Origin: Candidatus Eiseniibacteriota bacterium
GTDB lineage: Bacteria > Eisenbacteria > RBG-16-71-46
DNA: 64,000 nt
NCBI GenBank assembly: GCA_044223005.1
Contig: JBGAML010000003.1
Span: forward strand, 262,866-326,865
Direction: 5' to 3'
Shown piece after piece: positions 46,833 to 56,416 of the stretch. The notes under the pieces were generated by a model. It was given only the letters and a program-made list of their open reading frames with translations. It did not search any database and was not told the origin of the DNA. Each line of letters starts with the position of its first letter. Position 1 is the stretch's first letter. A program made the translations under genes and the position numbers.

Positions 46833-47831
46833 ATGGACACCGTGCCGCCGCCGGACGCCGTCCCGCGGGTTCCAATCGACCCCCTCGCTGCTCTCGCCGT
46901 ACCCGGCGAGCCGGCGCCGCCGCTGAAGCCACCGCTCGCCGGGGCGCTGCTCATGGCCGTCTTCGGCTACCCCGCGGGGAGCGTGATCGGCCTCGTGTTC
47001 TGGGTCGTCGCGGTGGGGTTCGTGCGGACCCTCGCGCCCGCCTGGATCCCCGGGCACGGGGCGCGCTCGGCGTTCACGAGTGCGACCGGGATCCTGCTCC
47101 TGCTCGCGGGGGCCGGGGTCGGAAGCATCGCGGTCACGCTGCTCGCCACGCTGGCCTCGCCGCGCCCGCGGGCCGAGCAGCTCGGCTGGCTGCGCCCCGC
47201 GCTCGACGGATGGCAGTGGCTGCTCGCCTTCGTGGTCGCCGCGGGCGCCTCGGCGTTCGGCGCGAGTGCGTCGGCGTTGCTGCAGCACCTGCACGTGCTC
47301 CCGGAGATTCCCCCATCGTCGATCGTCGCGCGGCTCGATGCCGCCCTGCGGTCCGCGCCGCTCGCGCTCGGGATCACCCTCGCCCTGGCCTCGGGCATCT
47401 TCCCCGGCGTCTCCGAGGAGCTCCTGTTCCGCGGCTACGTCCTCCGCCGACTGGCGCGCCGCCTGCCGCCCGCACTCGCGATCGGGATCGCCGCGTGCGC
47501 GTTCTCGGTCTGGCACTGGGAGCCGGCGCGGGTGCTCGCCACGCTCCCGTTCGCGCTCTGGATCGGCTACCTCGCGTGGCGTTCGAACTCGGTGCTGCCG
47601 GGCATCGCGATCCACGTGTGGACCAATGCCGTGCTCGGCCTGATCGAGCTGAGCGTGCGCCATTCATCGGCCGCGACGATGCACGCCACGAACACGCAAC
47701 TCGTGACCGCACTCGGCATCGGCTTCGCGTGTGGGCTCCTGGGCCTCGCGGGCTTCGAAGCGCGGCGGCGCGCCCGCGCCGCCGAAATGCGCGAGCCCGG
47801 CGAGGTGTCCCCGCCGGGCCCGGTGACATGA
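46833..47831 (+). CDS. CPBP (CAAX-protease/Abi) family intramembrane metalloprotease
   Basis: Polytopic membrane protein with the EELLFRG motif and a downstream HVWTNAV His motif. The ATG at 46833 has GGGGGAGG 5 nt upstream. The long upstream ORF-track extension is an artefact. Confidence 0.65.
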   Translation: MDTVPPPDAVPRVPIDPLAALAVPGEPAPPLKPPLAGALLMAVFGYPAGSVIGLVFWVVAVGFVRTLAPAWIPGHGARSAFTSATGILLLLAGAGVGSIAVTLLATLASPRPRAEQLGWLRPALDGWQWLLAFVVAAGASAFGASASALLQHLHVLPEIPPSSIVARLDAALRSAPLALGITLALASGIFPGVSEELLFRGYVLRRLARRLPPALAIGIAACAFSVWHWEPARVLATLPFALWIGYLAWRSNSVLPGIAIHVWTNAVLGLIELSVRHSSAATMHATNTQLVTALGIGFACGLLGLAGFEARRRARAAEMREPGEVSPPGPVT

Positions 47832-47841
47832 CGCGGGGGCG

Positions 47842-49920
47842 TCAGGCCGGAGTCGCTTCGCCCACGAGCCCCACCGTGCGCAGGATCCACGCGTAGTCGA
47901 ACGCGATCTCGCGCAGCGCGTCGTAGCGGCCGCTCGCGCCGCCGTGGCCCGCGCCCATGTTGCAGTGGAAGTAGAGCGGGTTCGCGTCGGTCTTGAGCGT
48001 GCGCAGCTTCGCGACGTACTTGGCGGGCTCCCAATAGCCCACCTGCGAGTCGTTGAGGCTCGTCTTCACCAGTATGCAGGGGTACGCGCGCTTCACGAGG
48101 TTGTCGTAGGGCGAGTACGCGCGCATCCACCGGTACTGCTCCGGCAGTTCGGGATTGCCCCACTCCTCGAACTCTCCGACGGTGAGCGGCAGCGACGTGT
48201 CGAGCATCGTGGTGAGCACGTCCACGAACGGCACCTGTGCGAGCACGCCGCGGAAGAGCTCGGGCTTCAGGTTCGTCACCGCGCCCATCAGCAGGCCGCC
48301 CGCGCTGCCGCCCTGGATCACGAGGCGGTCCGAGCTCGTCCAGCGCTGGCCGACGAGGGCTTCGGCGCACGCGACGAAATCGGTGAACGTGTTCATCTTG
48401 CGTTCCATGCGGCCCGCGTCGTGCCAGGGCTTGCCCAGGTCGCCGCCGCCGCGGATGTGCGCCAGTGCGTAGATCACGCCGCGGTCCACGAGGCTGAAGC
48501 GATTCGAGTTGAACGTGACGTTCGACGAGATCCCGTACGAGCCGTACGAATAGAGCAGGCAGGGAGCGGTGCCGTCGCGCGGCGTGCCTTTGCGACGCAG
48601 GAGCGTCACCGGCACGCGCGCGCCGTCGGGCGCCACGGCCTCGAGGCGCTCGGTCTCGTAGAGCGCCGGATCCCAGCCGCCGAGCACCTCCTGGCGCTTG
48701 AGCAGCGTCGACGACAGCGTCGCGACGTCGAGGTCGAAGACCGACGGCGGGGTCACGAACGACTGGTAGCTGTAGCGGAAGGTTCCCGATTCGAATTCGG
48801 GATTGGAGCCGGCGGCCACCGTGTACGCGGCCTCGGCGAACGCGACGCGGCGCGAGGTGCCCGTCTCCGGGTCCAGCACGTCGATCTGCGGCAGCGCACG
48901 CTCGCGCGTCGAGAGCACGACGTGGTCGCGGAAGCAGGCGAGGCCCTGGATCATGACGCCGTCGCGATGGGCCACCACCTCGCGCCAGTGCGCGGGCCCG
49001 GGCGTCTCGGCCGGCGCGGTGACGATGCGGAAGTTCCGCCCCGTGTCGTTGACGCGGATCCAGAACCGGTCGCCGCGGTGGTCCACAGCGTACTCGCGGT
49101 CTTGCACGCGTGGTGCCACGGTCGTCCACGCGCCTTCCGGCCGGTCCGCGCGCAGCACGCGCTGTTCCGAGGTCGTATGGCTGCCGAGCGAATGGACCAG
49201 CCACGCGTCGCTGCGCGTGCGGTGGACGCCCACCTCGAAGCGCTCGTCGGGTTCGTCGTCCACCAGCACGCTCGCGCCCGTGGTGCGGTCGAGCCGGTAG
49301 AGGCGGTGCGAGCGCTTGGTCGTCGCGTCCTCCTGCGTCCAGAACAGCGTGCGCGAATCCGCGGCCCACGCGGCGCTCGTGCAGCGCTCGCCCAGCCCCG
49401 TGATCGTCACGCCCTCCTGCAGGTCCTTCACGTGCAGCGTGTACTGCCGGTAGCCCGTGGGATCGGTCGAGTACGCGAGCCAGCGGCCGTCCGAACTCAG
49501 TTCGAACTCGCCGATGCCCATGAATGGGTGGCCCTGCGCCAGTTCGTTGACGTCGAGCAGCACCTGCTCCGGCGCCTCCATGCTGCCCTCGCGCCGGCAG
49601 AAGATCGGGTACTGCCGGCCTTCCTCGGTGCGCGTGTAGTAGAACCAGCGGCCCTTGCGGTACGGCACCGAGAGATCGGTCTGCTGGATGCGCCCGAGCA
49701 TCTCGGCGTACAGCGTCTCCTGCAGCGACCTCGTCGAGGCCATCGCCGCGTCGGTGTACGCGTTCTCGGCCTCGAGGTAGCCGAGAACCTGCGGGTCGGA
49801 CTTCTCCCGCAGCCAGAAGTAGTCGTCGACGCGCGTGTCGCCGTGGAGGGTCATCGCGTGCGGACGGCGTTCGGCGACCGGTGGCTGGGGCGCGGCGGAG
49901 GCGGGTGTGTTTCCGGACAT
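47842..49920 (-). CDS. ptrB: Oligopeptidase B / prolyl oligopeptidase family S9 serine peptidase
   Basis: N-terminal HGDTRVDDYFWLRE. The beta-propeller region. Catalytic GGSAGGLLMG. Start set at MSGNT (ATG 49920). Confidence 0.8.
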   Translation of the reverse strand: MSGNTPASAAPQPPVAERRPHAMTLHGDTRVDDYFWLREKSDPQVLGYLEAENAYTDAAMASTRSLQETLYAEMLGRIQQTDLSVPYRKGRWFYYTRTEEGRQYPIFCRREGSMEAPEQVLLDVNELAQGHPFMGIGEFELSSDGRWLAYSTDPTGYRQYTLHVKDLQEGVTITGLGERCTSAAWAADSRTLFWTQEDATTKRSHRLYRLDRTTGASVLVDDEPDERFEVGVHRTRSDAWLVHSLGSHTTSEQRVLRADRPEGAWTTVAPRVQDREYAVDHRGDRFWIRVNDTGRNFRIVTAPAETPGPAHWREVVAHRDGVMIQGLACFRDHVVLSTRERALPQIDVLDPETGTSRRVAFAEAAYTVAAGSNPEFESGTFRYSYQSFVTPPSVFDLDVATLSSTLLKRQEVLGGWDPALYETERLEAVAPDGARVPVTLLRRKGTPRDGTAPCLLYSYGSYGISSNVTFNSNRFSLVDRGVIYALAHIRGGGDLGKPWHDAGRMERKMNTFTDFVACAEALVGQRWTSSDRLVIQGGSAGGLLMGAVTNLKPELFRGVLAQVPFVDVLTTMLDTSLPLTVGEFEEWGNPELPEQYRWMRAYSPYDNLVKRAYPCILVKTSLNDSQVGYWEPAKYVAKLRTLKTDANPLYFHCNMGAGHGGASGRYDALREIAFDYAWILRTVGLVGEATPA

Positions 49921-50017
49921 GTCGCGATGGATTCCGTGAGGACGATGACGAGCGGCGCTCAGCGGCGCCGGGGGAACGGACGGGGGAGGTGAGCCGGCAC
50001 GACGGGGACGGGCGGCG

Positions 50018-50845
50018 TCAGGCGCCGCCCGCGGATGCCGCCGCCGGCAGCGCGGAGACCGTGATCGGGTCGCCCTCGCCGAGGCCGAGTCGTGCGGCAG
50101 CGTCGCCGCCGACCTGCGCAATCTCGATGCGCCCGCTCGAGCCCAGGATGGCGACCAGCGTGCCGACCGGCGAGTCGCCGTAGGAGCGCGAGAGGCCCGC
50201 GACGTGGCGGCCGAGCAGCGTGACCTGGATGCGCTCCGCCGCCCACTCGCGCCCGAACGCTTGCGCGAGTGAATCCTGCGTGAGGTTGGTGAGCGCGTTG
50301 CCGAACCGGTCGATGAACACGACGCGCCCCACGAGCGCATCACCTTCGCGACGCGGGCGCGCGACCGGCAGCCGCACGGGGTCGGTCACCGCGGGGCCGA
50401 ACGAATCGATCGGCACGCCGCGCGAGAGGTGCGCCGCCACCGGCGCGAACACGTCGCGGCCATGAAACGTGCGGCTCACCGGCTGGCGGAACCAGCGCGA
50501 TTCGGTGAGCGCGTGCACTCGCGCGTCGTCGGCCGAGAGCGCCCATTCGAGCAGGCCGTTGTCGGGCCCCACGAACCACTGGCCGCGGGCCTGAACGGCG
50601 AGCGCACGGCGGGCGGTGCCCACGCCGGGATCGACCACGGCGAGGTGCACGGTGCCCGGCGCGAAATCCGGTGCCGCCGCTTCGAGCAGGAACGCGGCGC
50701 GCGTGACGTTGCCCGGAGGCACGAGGTGGTTGAGGTCGACGACGTGGGCTTCGGGGGCGACCTCGTTCACGACGCCGTGCACGACGCCGACGAACCAGTC
50801 CTGCGTGCCGAAGTCCGAGAGGAAAGTGACCACAGGTGCGGGCAT
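50018..50845 (-). CDS. SAM hydroxide adenosyltransferase family (DUF62; fluorinase/chlorinase-like fold)
   Basis: N-terminus VTFLSDFGTQDWFVGVVHGVV and VVDPGVGT are characteristic of the SAM-binding DUF62 family. Confidence 0.65.
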   Translation of the reverse strand: MPAPVVTFLSDFGTQDWFVGVVHGVVNEVAPEAHVVDLNHLVPPGNVTRAAFLLEAAAPDFAPGTVHLAVVDPGVGTARRALAVQARGQWFVGPDNGLLEWALSADDARVHALTESRWFRQPVSRTFHGRDVFAPVAAHLSRGVPIDSFGPAVTDPVRLPVARPRREGDALVGRVVFIDRFGNALTNLTQDSLAQAFGREWAAERIQVTLLGRHVAGLSRSYGDSPVGTLVAILGSSGRIEIAQVGGDAAARLGLGEGDPITVSALPAAASAGGA

Positions 50846-50955
50846 CGGGGACTCCCGGTCAGGGGTGCGCGAAGGGCGCGCTCAGGTTAGCACACGCATC
50901 ACGGCCGCGTGGCCGGCGGCGCGGCGTGCGAGATCGAGCCGCTCGCGGCGTGCGA

Positions 50956-52002
50956 CTACGGGGCTTCGACCGGCACCGCGTTCGCCGTCATCCCGGCGAG
51001 CAGCGCCCACGCGCCGTCGACCGTGAGCCGCGTGAGGCAGCGCAGGTCGGCGCATTCGTCGCGGTGGCAGGGGCTGCACTCGACGTGGGCGTAGTACGCG
51101 CGGTGGCCCTCGGACTCCGGATACGGGAAGAACATCGCCGGCCGATTGCGCGTGATGAGCCCGAGCGTCGGCGCGCCGGCGGCGACCGCCGTGTGCAGCG
51201 GGCCGGTGTCGCCGCAGACGAACGCGGCGCAGCGCGCCTGCGCGGCCACGAAGCGGGCGAGCGGCCAGCGCTCGATCGCGAATGCGCGCCCGTCCGGCAG
51301 CTCGGCGACGCAGGCGCGCGCGGCGCCCTCCTCGCCGGGACCGGCCGTGAAGAGCGCGACCGCGTCGTGGCGCGACGCAAGCCAGCGTGACGCCAGCTCG
51401 ACGAACCGCGCCGGTTCCCAGCGCCGTGTCGGCCAGCGGGCGCCGGCGTGGAAGCCGACGCAGACCGCGTCCGCCGGCACGCCGAGCCGCTCGAACGCGT
51501 CGCGCGCTTCGGCCTTCGCCGAGGGCGCCACGTGCAGCCGCGGCGCCGGCGGTTCCAGCGGCGCCGGCCAGCCGAGCGCCGCGAGCGAGGCGAGGTGGAA
51601 GCCCGTGGCGGAGAGCGTGCGCGGACGCGCGTGGTGCGTGTACGTCGCGCTGCGCCAGCCCTTGTTGGGATAGCCGACGCGCACGCGGGCGCCGCTCGCG
51701 AACGTCCAGATCGCGGTGCGCGGGTTGCAGAAGCAGTCGATCGCCACGTCGGGCGCGAACGCGCGCAGGCGCCGGACCAGCGCCAGCGTCTCGCCGGGCG
51801 ACGGGCGCGCCGGCACGTCGATCACTTCGTCGACGCGCGGGTCGCCCGTCAGCAGCGGCGCGAGGCCGCGCTCGAGCACGTAGCCGATGCGCGCCGCCGG
51901 ACACGCGGCGCGCAGCGCGTCGAGCAGCGGCAGCGTGAGGCAGATGTCGCCCAGGAAGCGGGGGCGGACGATCAGCAGCCTGCGGACAGCCTGGGGATTC
52001 AC
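50956..52002 (-). CDS. Glycosyltransferase family 9 (LPS heptosyltransferase-like)
   Basis: RLLIVRPRFLGDICLTLPLLDAL N-terminus. The C-terminal FVCGDTGPLHTAVAAGAPTLGL motif. A GTG start is proposed at 52002. The 911-aa ORF-track extension is antisense to plus-strand genes and is rejected. Confidence 0.7.
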   Translation of the reverse strand: MNPQAVRRLLIVRPRFLGDICLTLPLLDALRAACPAARIGYVLERGLAPLLTGDPRVDEVIDVPARPSPGETLALVRRLRAFAPDVAIDCFCNPRTAIWTFASGARVRVGYPNKGWRSATYTHHARPRTLSATGFHLASLAALGWPAPLEPPAPRLHVAPSAKAEARDAFERLGVPADAVCVGFHAGARWPTRRWEPARFVELASRWLASRHDAVALFTAGPGEEGAARACVAELPDGRAFAIERWPLARFVAAQARCAAFVCGDTGPLHTAVAAGAPTLGLITRNRPAMFFPYPESEGHRAYYAHVECSPCHRDECADLRCLTRLTVDGAWALLAGMTANAVPVEAP

Positions 52003-52083
52003 GGACTCCTCGCGCGGCCGGTCGGGTAGACTGCCCGCACCGTAACGCACGTCCGCTCGCGGCCGCCACCCCGGAGACGCTCC

Positions 52084-53271
52084 GTGAATCCCCCCGACGA
52101 TCCCCGCCCGGCCCTCGACACGAAGGCCGTCCACGGCCCGCACCTCGGGCAGGTGGGCGGCATGAGCACGCCCATCGTCCACAGCGCGACCTTCTCGTTC
52201 GCCAACCTCGACGAGATGCTCGTGGAACAGCAGCGGCAGTCGGCTGGTGCGTTCTACCAGCGCAAGGGCCACCCGACGATCGCCGCGGCCGAGGCGCGGC
52301 TCGCGGACCTCGAGGGTGCCGAGGCCGCGCTGCTGTTCCCCTCCGGCATGGCGGCGATCTCGTGCGCGTTCCTCGCGACGCTGCGCTCCGGCGATCACGT
52401 GGTGTGCGTGGACCCGTGCTACGGCGGCACGCAGGCGCTGCTGAACTGGGGCCGCGATCGCTTCGGCTGGACGTTCACGTACGTGGACGCACGCCGGCCC
52501 GAAACGTGGGAGGCGGCATTCACGCCGGCCACGAAGCTGCTGCACCTGGAGACGCCGATCAATCCCACGCTCGTCGTGTTCGACCTCGAACGCGCGGCCG
52601 CGCTGGGGCGCGCGCGCGGCTGCGTGGTGACGTGCGACAACACGATCGCCTCGCCGATCGGGCAGCAGCCGCTCGCGTGGGGCTGCGATCTGTCGCTCTA
52701 CAGCGCGACCAAGTCGATCGGCGGCCACAGCGACCTGCTGGCGGGCGCGGCGATGGGCTCGGCGAAGGTGATGGCCGGCGTGCACAAGGCGCGCGAGGTG
52801 TTCGGCCCGATCGCCGAGCCGACGATGGCGTGGATGGTCGAGCGCAGCCTGAAGACGCTGCCGCTGCGCGTGCGCGCGCAGAACGCCAACGCGCTCGAAC
52901 TCGCGACGCGCTTGCAGCGGCACGCGGCGGTCGCGCAGGTGTTCTACCCCGGGCTGCCCTCGCATCCGGGGCACGACGTCGCGGTGCGGCAGATGCGCGA
53001 AGGCTTCGGGCCGCTTCTGTCGATCGACGTGCGCGGCGGGGCGGAAGCGGCGCTCCGGGTCGTGAACCACCTGCGGCTCGTCCGCCACGGGGCCAGCCTC
53101 GGCGGCGTGGAATCGCTGGCCTCGCTCGCGGCGTTCACGTCGCACCAGGTGCTGGGCAAGGAGGGCCGGGCGCGCGCCGGGATCCCGGAGGGACTGGTGC
53201 GGATTTCGGCCGGGGTCGAGGCCGTGGACGACCTCTGGGCCGACCTCGAGCAGGCGCTCGGCCACGCCTGA
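52084..53271 (+). CDS. Cys/Met-metabolism PLP-dependent enzyme (cystathionine gamma-synthase / methionine gamma-lyase family)
   Basis: AVHG...HSATFSF N-terminus. The PLP-Lys motif SATKSIGGHSD. Confidence 0.8.
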   Translation: MNPPDDPRPALDTKAVHGPHLGQVGGMSTPIVHSATFSFANLDEMLVEQQRQSAGAFYQRKGHPTIAAAEARLADLEGAEAALLFPSGMAAISCAFLATLRSGDHVVCVDPCYGGTQALLNWGRDRFGWTFTYVDARRPETWEAAFTPATKLLHLETPINPTLVVFDLERAAALGRARGCVVTCDNTIASPIGQQPLAWGCDLSLYSATKSIGGHSDLLAGAAMGSAKVMAGVHKAREVFGPIAEPTMAWMVERSLKTLPLRVRAQNANALELATRLQRHAAVAQVFYPGLPSHPGHDVAVRQMREGFGPLLSIDVRGGAEAALRVVNHLRLVRHGASLGGVESLASLAAFTSHQVLGKEGRARAGIPEGLVRISAGVEAVDDLWADLEQALGHA

Positions 53272-53392
53272 CGCGGACCTGACGATCGCCGCTGCCGGCC
53301 GGCGTTCGACGGGCCCGCCCGCGGGGCCGTGTGCTATCCTTTCCGCCGCTCGAACCCAAGCCCCGACCCCATCGACCGGGAGGAGATGCCTC

Positions 53393-54034
53393 GTGAAGCG
53401 CCTGTGGATCGTGTCGCTCGCCATGCTGGGGATCCTCGTCGCCACCGCGGTCTTCGCGGCGCCCGTGCCGGCGTCCAAGCCGGCGGCCGCGGCCAAGCCC
53501 GCGCCGGCGGCCGTCGACAGCCTGACCCTGCTCGAGCGCGACGTCGCGCGCGATTCGACCAGGTTCGAGAAGGTGAACGCGCTCGGCGTCATGTACATGG
53601 ATCGCGAGCGCATGCAGGACGCGCTCACGGTGCTGGGCCGCGCGAACCGGCTGCAGCCGGGCAACGTGAAGGTGCTCGTCAACATGGGCATCGCGGCGGA
53701 CGCGCTCGGGCATCCCGAGGAGGCGCAGGGCTACTACCAGAAGGCGATGGGCCTCGCGCCGGCCGATTCGATCGCGTCGTGCCACATGGCGTCGTCGCTC
53801 TACGCCCAGGGCAAGTACGAACCGGCGATGACGCTGCTGCGTTCGATCCTCGCCAAGCAGCCGCGCGCCTACTGCGCCTACTTCTACATGGGCGTGGCGT
53901 TCGCCGACGCGGGCATCTACCGCGACGCGATCCGGATGTGGAAGAAGGTCGTCGAGATCGCGCCCGAGTCGTCCGACGCGACGAGCGCGCGCGAATCGAT
54001 CGACGTCCTGGAGAAATTCCTGCAGAACAAGTGA
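53393..54034 (+). CDS. Secreted TPR-repeat protein
   Basis: Signal peptide. At least four TPR-like repeats (ALGVMYMDRERMQDAL..., AYFYMGVAFADAGIYRDAIRMWKK). Confidence 0.6.
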   Translation: MKRLWIVSLAMLGILVATAVFAAPVPASKPAAAAKPAPAAVDSLTLLERDVARDSTRFEKVNALGVMYMDRERMQDALTVLGRANRLQPGNVKVLVNMGIAADALGHPEEAQGYYQKAMGLAPADSIASCHMASSLYAQGKYEPAMTLLRSILAKQPRAYCAYFYMGVAFADAGIYRDAIRMWKKVVEIAPESSDATSARESIDVLEKFLQNK

Positions 54035-54140
54035 CCCGGCGCGCGCCGGGTGCGCGTGCGGACGATCGGGCGCGGCGCATCCCGCGAGGGCGCCGCGCCT
54101 TTTTCATTGTCGCGGCCGTGTCCGCGCTCGGAGACCTCAC

Positions 54141-55292
54141 GTGATCTACCTCGACCACAACGCCTCGACGCCCGTGCGGCCCGACGTCGCCGATGCGATG
54201 CATGCGGCGCTGCGCGATCTCGGCGCCAATCCGTCGAGCACGCACCGCGACGGCCAGCGCGTGCGCGCCGCGGTCGAGGAGGCGCGCGAGCACGTCGCGG
54301 CGCTGGTCGGCGCGCGTGCGGGCGAGGTGGTGTTCGTGTCGGGGGGCACCGAGGGCGACCACCTCGCGATCGTCGGCGCGGCGATCGCGCAGCGCGAGGC
54401 GGGGCGACGCGTCGCGTACGCCGCGATCGAGCACCACGCGGTGCACGGGGCCTCCGAACTGCTCGCCGACCTGGGCTGGGCGCACGCGACGCTCGCCTGC
54501 GACGCCGACGGCGTCACGCGTCCGGAGGGCGTGGACGCGCTGCCGGCGGACACCACCGTGGTGTCGGTGATGCTCGCCAACAACGAGACGGGCGTGCTGC
54601 AGCCGGTCGCCGAGATCGCCGCCCGTGTGCACGCGCGCGGCATGCGCGTCCACTGCGACGCCGTGCAGGCCGCGGGCAAGGTCGCGGTCGACGCGGCCGC
54701 GCTGGACGCCGACTATCTCGTGATCTCGGGGCACAAGTTCGGCGGACCCAAGGGCGCGGGCGCGCTGGTGGTGCGCCGGAACGCGCCGCTCTCGCCGCTG
54801 CAGCGTGGCACCGGCCACGAGCGGGGCCGCCGCGGCGGCACCGAGAACGTGCCGGGCATCGTCGGGCTCGGGCTCGCCGCGAAGCGCGCCGCGGAGGAAC
54901 TCGCGGACGAGTCCGCGCGCCTCGCCGAACTGCGCGACCGGCTCGAGGCCGGGCTGCGCGCGTTCGCTCCCGACGTGGTGATCCACGGGGCGCGCGTCGC
55001 GAGGCTGCCCAACACGGTCAACGCCTCGTTCCCCGGCGCGCGCGCCGACCACCTGCTGCTCGCGCTCGACGCGCGCGGCATCGCCGCCTCGGCGGGCGCC
55101 GCCTGCGCCAGCGGGGCGGTGGAGCCTTCGCCGGTGCTCGCGGCGATGGGCGTGCCGCGCGAGCTGGCGATCTCGGCCTTGCGCTTCTCGCTCGGCCGCA
55201 CGACGACCGCCGACGAGGTCGAGCGCTCGCTCGCCGGCATCGCGGACGCCGTCCGCGCGGCCCGCGCGAGCGCGGCCCGGAGCGGCGCGTGA
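54141..55292 (+). CDS. iscS: Cysteine desulfurase (class V aminotransferase; IscS/NifS-like)
   Basis: IYLDHNASTP N-terminus. PLP-Lys SGHKFGGPKG. Active-site Cys region (SAGAACASG). Confidence 0.85.
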   Translation: MIYLDHNASTPVRPDVADAMHAALRDLGANPSSTHRDGQRVRAAVEEAREHVAALVGARAGEVVFVSGGTEGDHLAIVGAAIAQREAGRRVAYAAIEHHAVHGASELLADLGWAHATLACDADGVTRPEGVDALPADTTVVSVMLANNETGVLQPVAEIAARVHARGMRVHCDAVQAAGKVAVDAAALDADYLVISGHKFGGPKGAGALVVRRNAPLSPLQRGTGHERGRRGGTENVPGIVGLGLAAKRAAEELADESARLAELRDRLEAGLRAFAPDVVIHGARVARLPNTVNASFPGARADHLLLALDARGIAASAGAACASGAVEPSPVLAAMGVPRELAISALRFSLGRTTTADEVERSLAGIADAVRAARASAARSGA

Positions 55293-56416
55293 GCCCGCTC
55301 AAGGTGCTCGCCGCCATGAGCGGGGGCGTGGACTCGGCGGTGGCCGCGGCGCTCGCGGCCGAGGCCGGGCACGAGGTGACGGGCGTCACGCTCAAGCTCG
55401 CGTGCTACGGCAAGGCGCCCGCGAGCCCGCGTGCGTGCTGCACGCTGGATGCGATCGACGACGCACGCCGCACGGCGATGCGCATGGGCTTCACGCACCA
55501 CGTGCTCGACGCGGAGGAAGTGTTCCGCGAGCGCGTGCTGCAGCCGTTCGCGGACGCGTACGCCGAGGGGCGGACGCCCTATCCCTGCGCGCTCTGCAAC
55601 CAGCACCTCAAGTTCGGCGATCTCGTGCGCCGCATGGAGCTGACCGGCGCGGACCGGCTCGTGACCGGGCACTACGCGCAGGTGCGCGAGGTGATGCCGG
55701 GCGAGTGGGGGCTCTTTCGCGCGGTGGACGGCGCCAAGGACCAGACGTACGCGCTCGCGCTCGTGCCCTACGCGGCGCTGGCACGCACGGAGTTCCCGCT
55801 CGGCGCGCTCGACAAGCACGCGGTGCGCGAGCACGCCCGGCGCCTGGGCCTCTCGGTGTGGGACAAGCCGGAGAGTCAGGATCTCTGCTTCGTGCCCGAC
55901 GGCGATTACGCCGGGCACCTCGTGCACGTGCTCGGCGAGCGCCGCGGCACCGAGCCCGGCGCGTTCGTGGACGCGCACGGCCGGCGCGTCGGCACGCACC
56001 GCGGCATCCTCCACTACACGATCGGCCAGCGCCGCGGTCTGGGGCTGCCCGCGGCGGAGCCGCTGTACGTGCTCGCGATCGACGCGGCCGCGAACACGGT
56101 GACCGTCGGCGCCCGCGCCGAACTCGATGCGCCCGGGCTCGTCACCGGGCCCATGAACTGGCTCGCGCCGGTGCCCCCTGTGGACGGCACGCGCGTGACG
56201 GTGCGGATCCGCTACAACCACGCGGGCGCCGCGGCCACGGTGCACGCTGCCGCCGAGGGCGGGGTCACGCTGCGCTTCGAGACGCCGCAGGCCGCGGTGA
56301 CGCCGGGGCAGCTCGCGGTGCTCTACGACGGGGATCGCTGCCTCGGCGGCGCGCCCATCGCGCGCGCGCTCGATCCGGCGGAGGTCGCGATGCCGGCCGC
56401 GGAAGGCGCGGCGTGA
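55289..56416 (+). CDS. mnmA: tRNA-specific 2-thiouridylase
   Basis: PP-loop AAMSGGVDSAV. Catalytic Cys contexts (ACCTLD, PCALCNQHLKF). A GTG start overlaps the iscS stop. Confidence 0.85.
   Translation: MSPLKVLAAMSGGVDSAVAAALAAEAGHEVTGVTLKLACYGKAPASPRACCTLDAIDDARRTAMRMGFTHHVLDAEEVFRERVLQPFADAYAEGRTPYPCALCNQHLKFGDLVRRMELTGADRLVTGHYAQVREVMPGEWGLFRAVDGAKDQTYALALVPYAALARTEFPLGALDKHAVREHARRLGLSVWDKPESQDLCFVPDGDYAGHLVHVLGERRGTEPGAFVDAHGRRVGTHRGILHYTIGQRRGLGLPAAEPLYVLAIDAAANTVTVGARAELDAPGLVTGPMNWLAPVPPVDGTRVTVRIRYNHAGAAATVHAAAEGGVTLRFETPQAAVTPGQLAVLYDGDRCLGGAPIARALDPAEVAMPAAEGAA

Noticed and set aside
52003-53691. Upstream part of the 911-aa minus-strand ORF containing the GT9 gene
   Set aside because: It is antisense to the plus-strand PLP enzyme (52084..53271) and TPR gene (53393..54034). 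GT9 homology starts only at RLLIVRPRFLGD.
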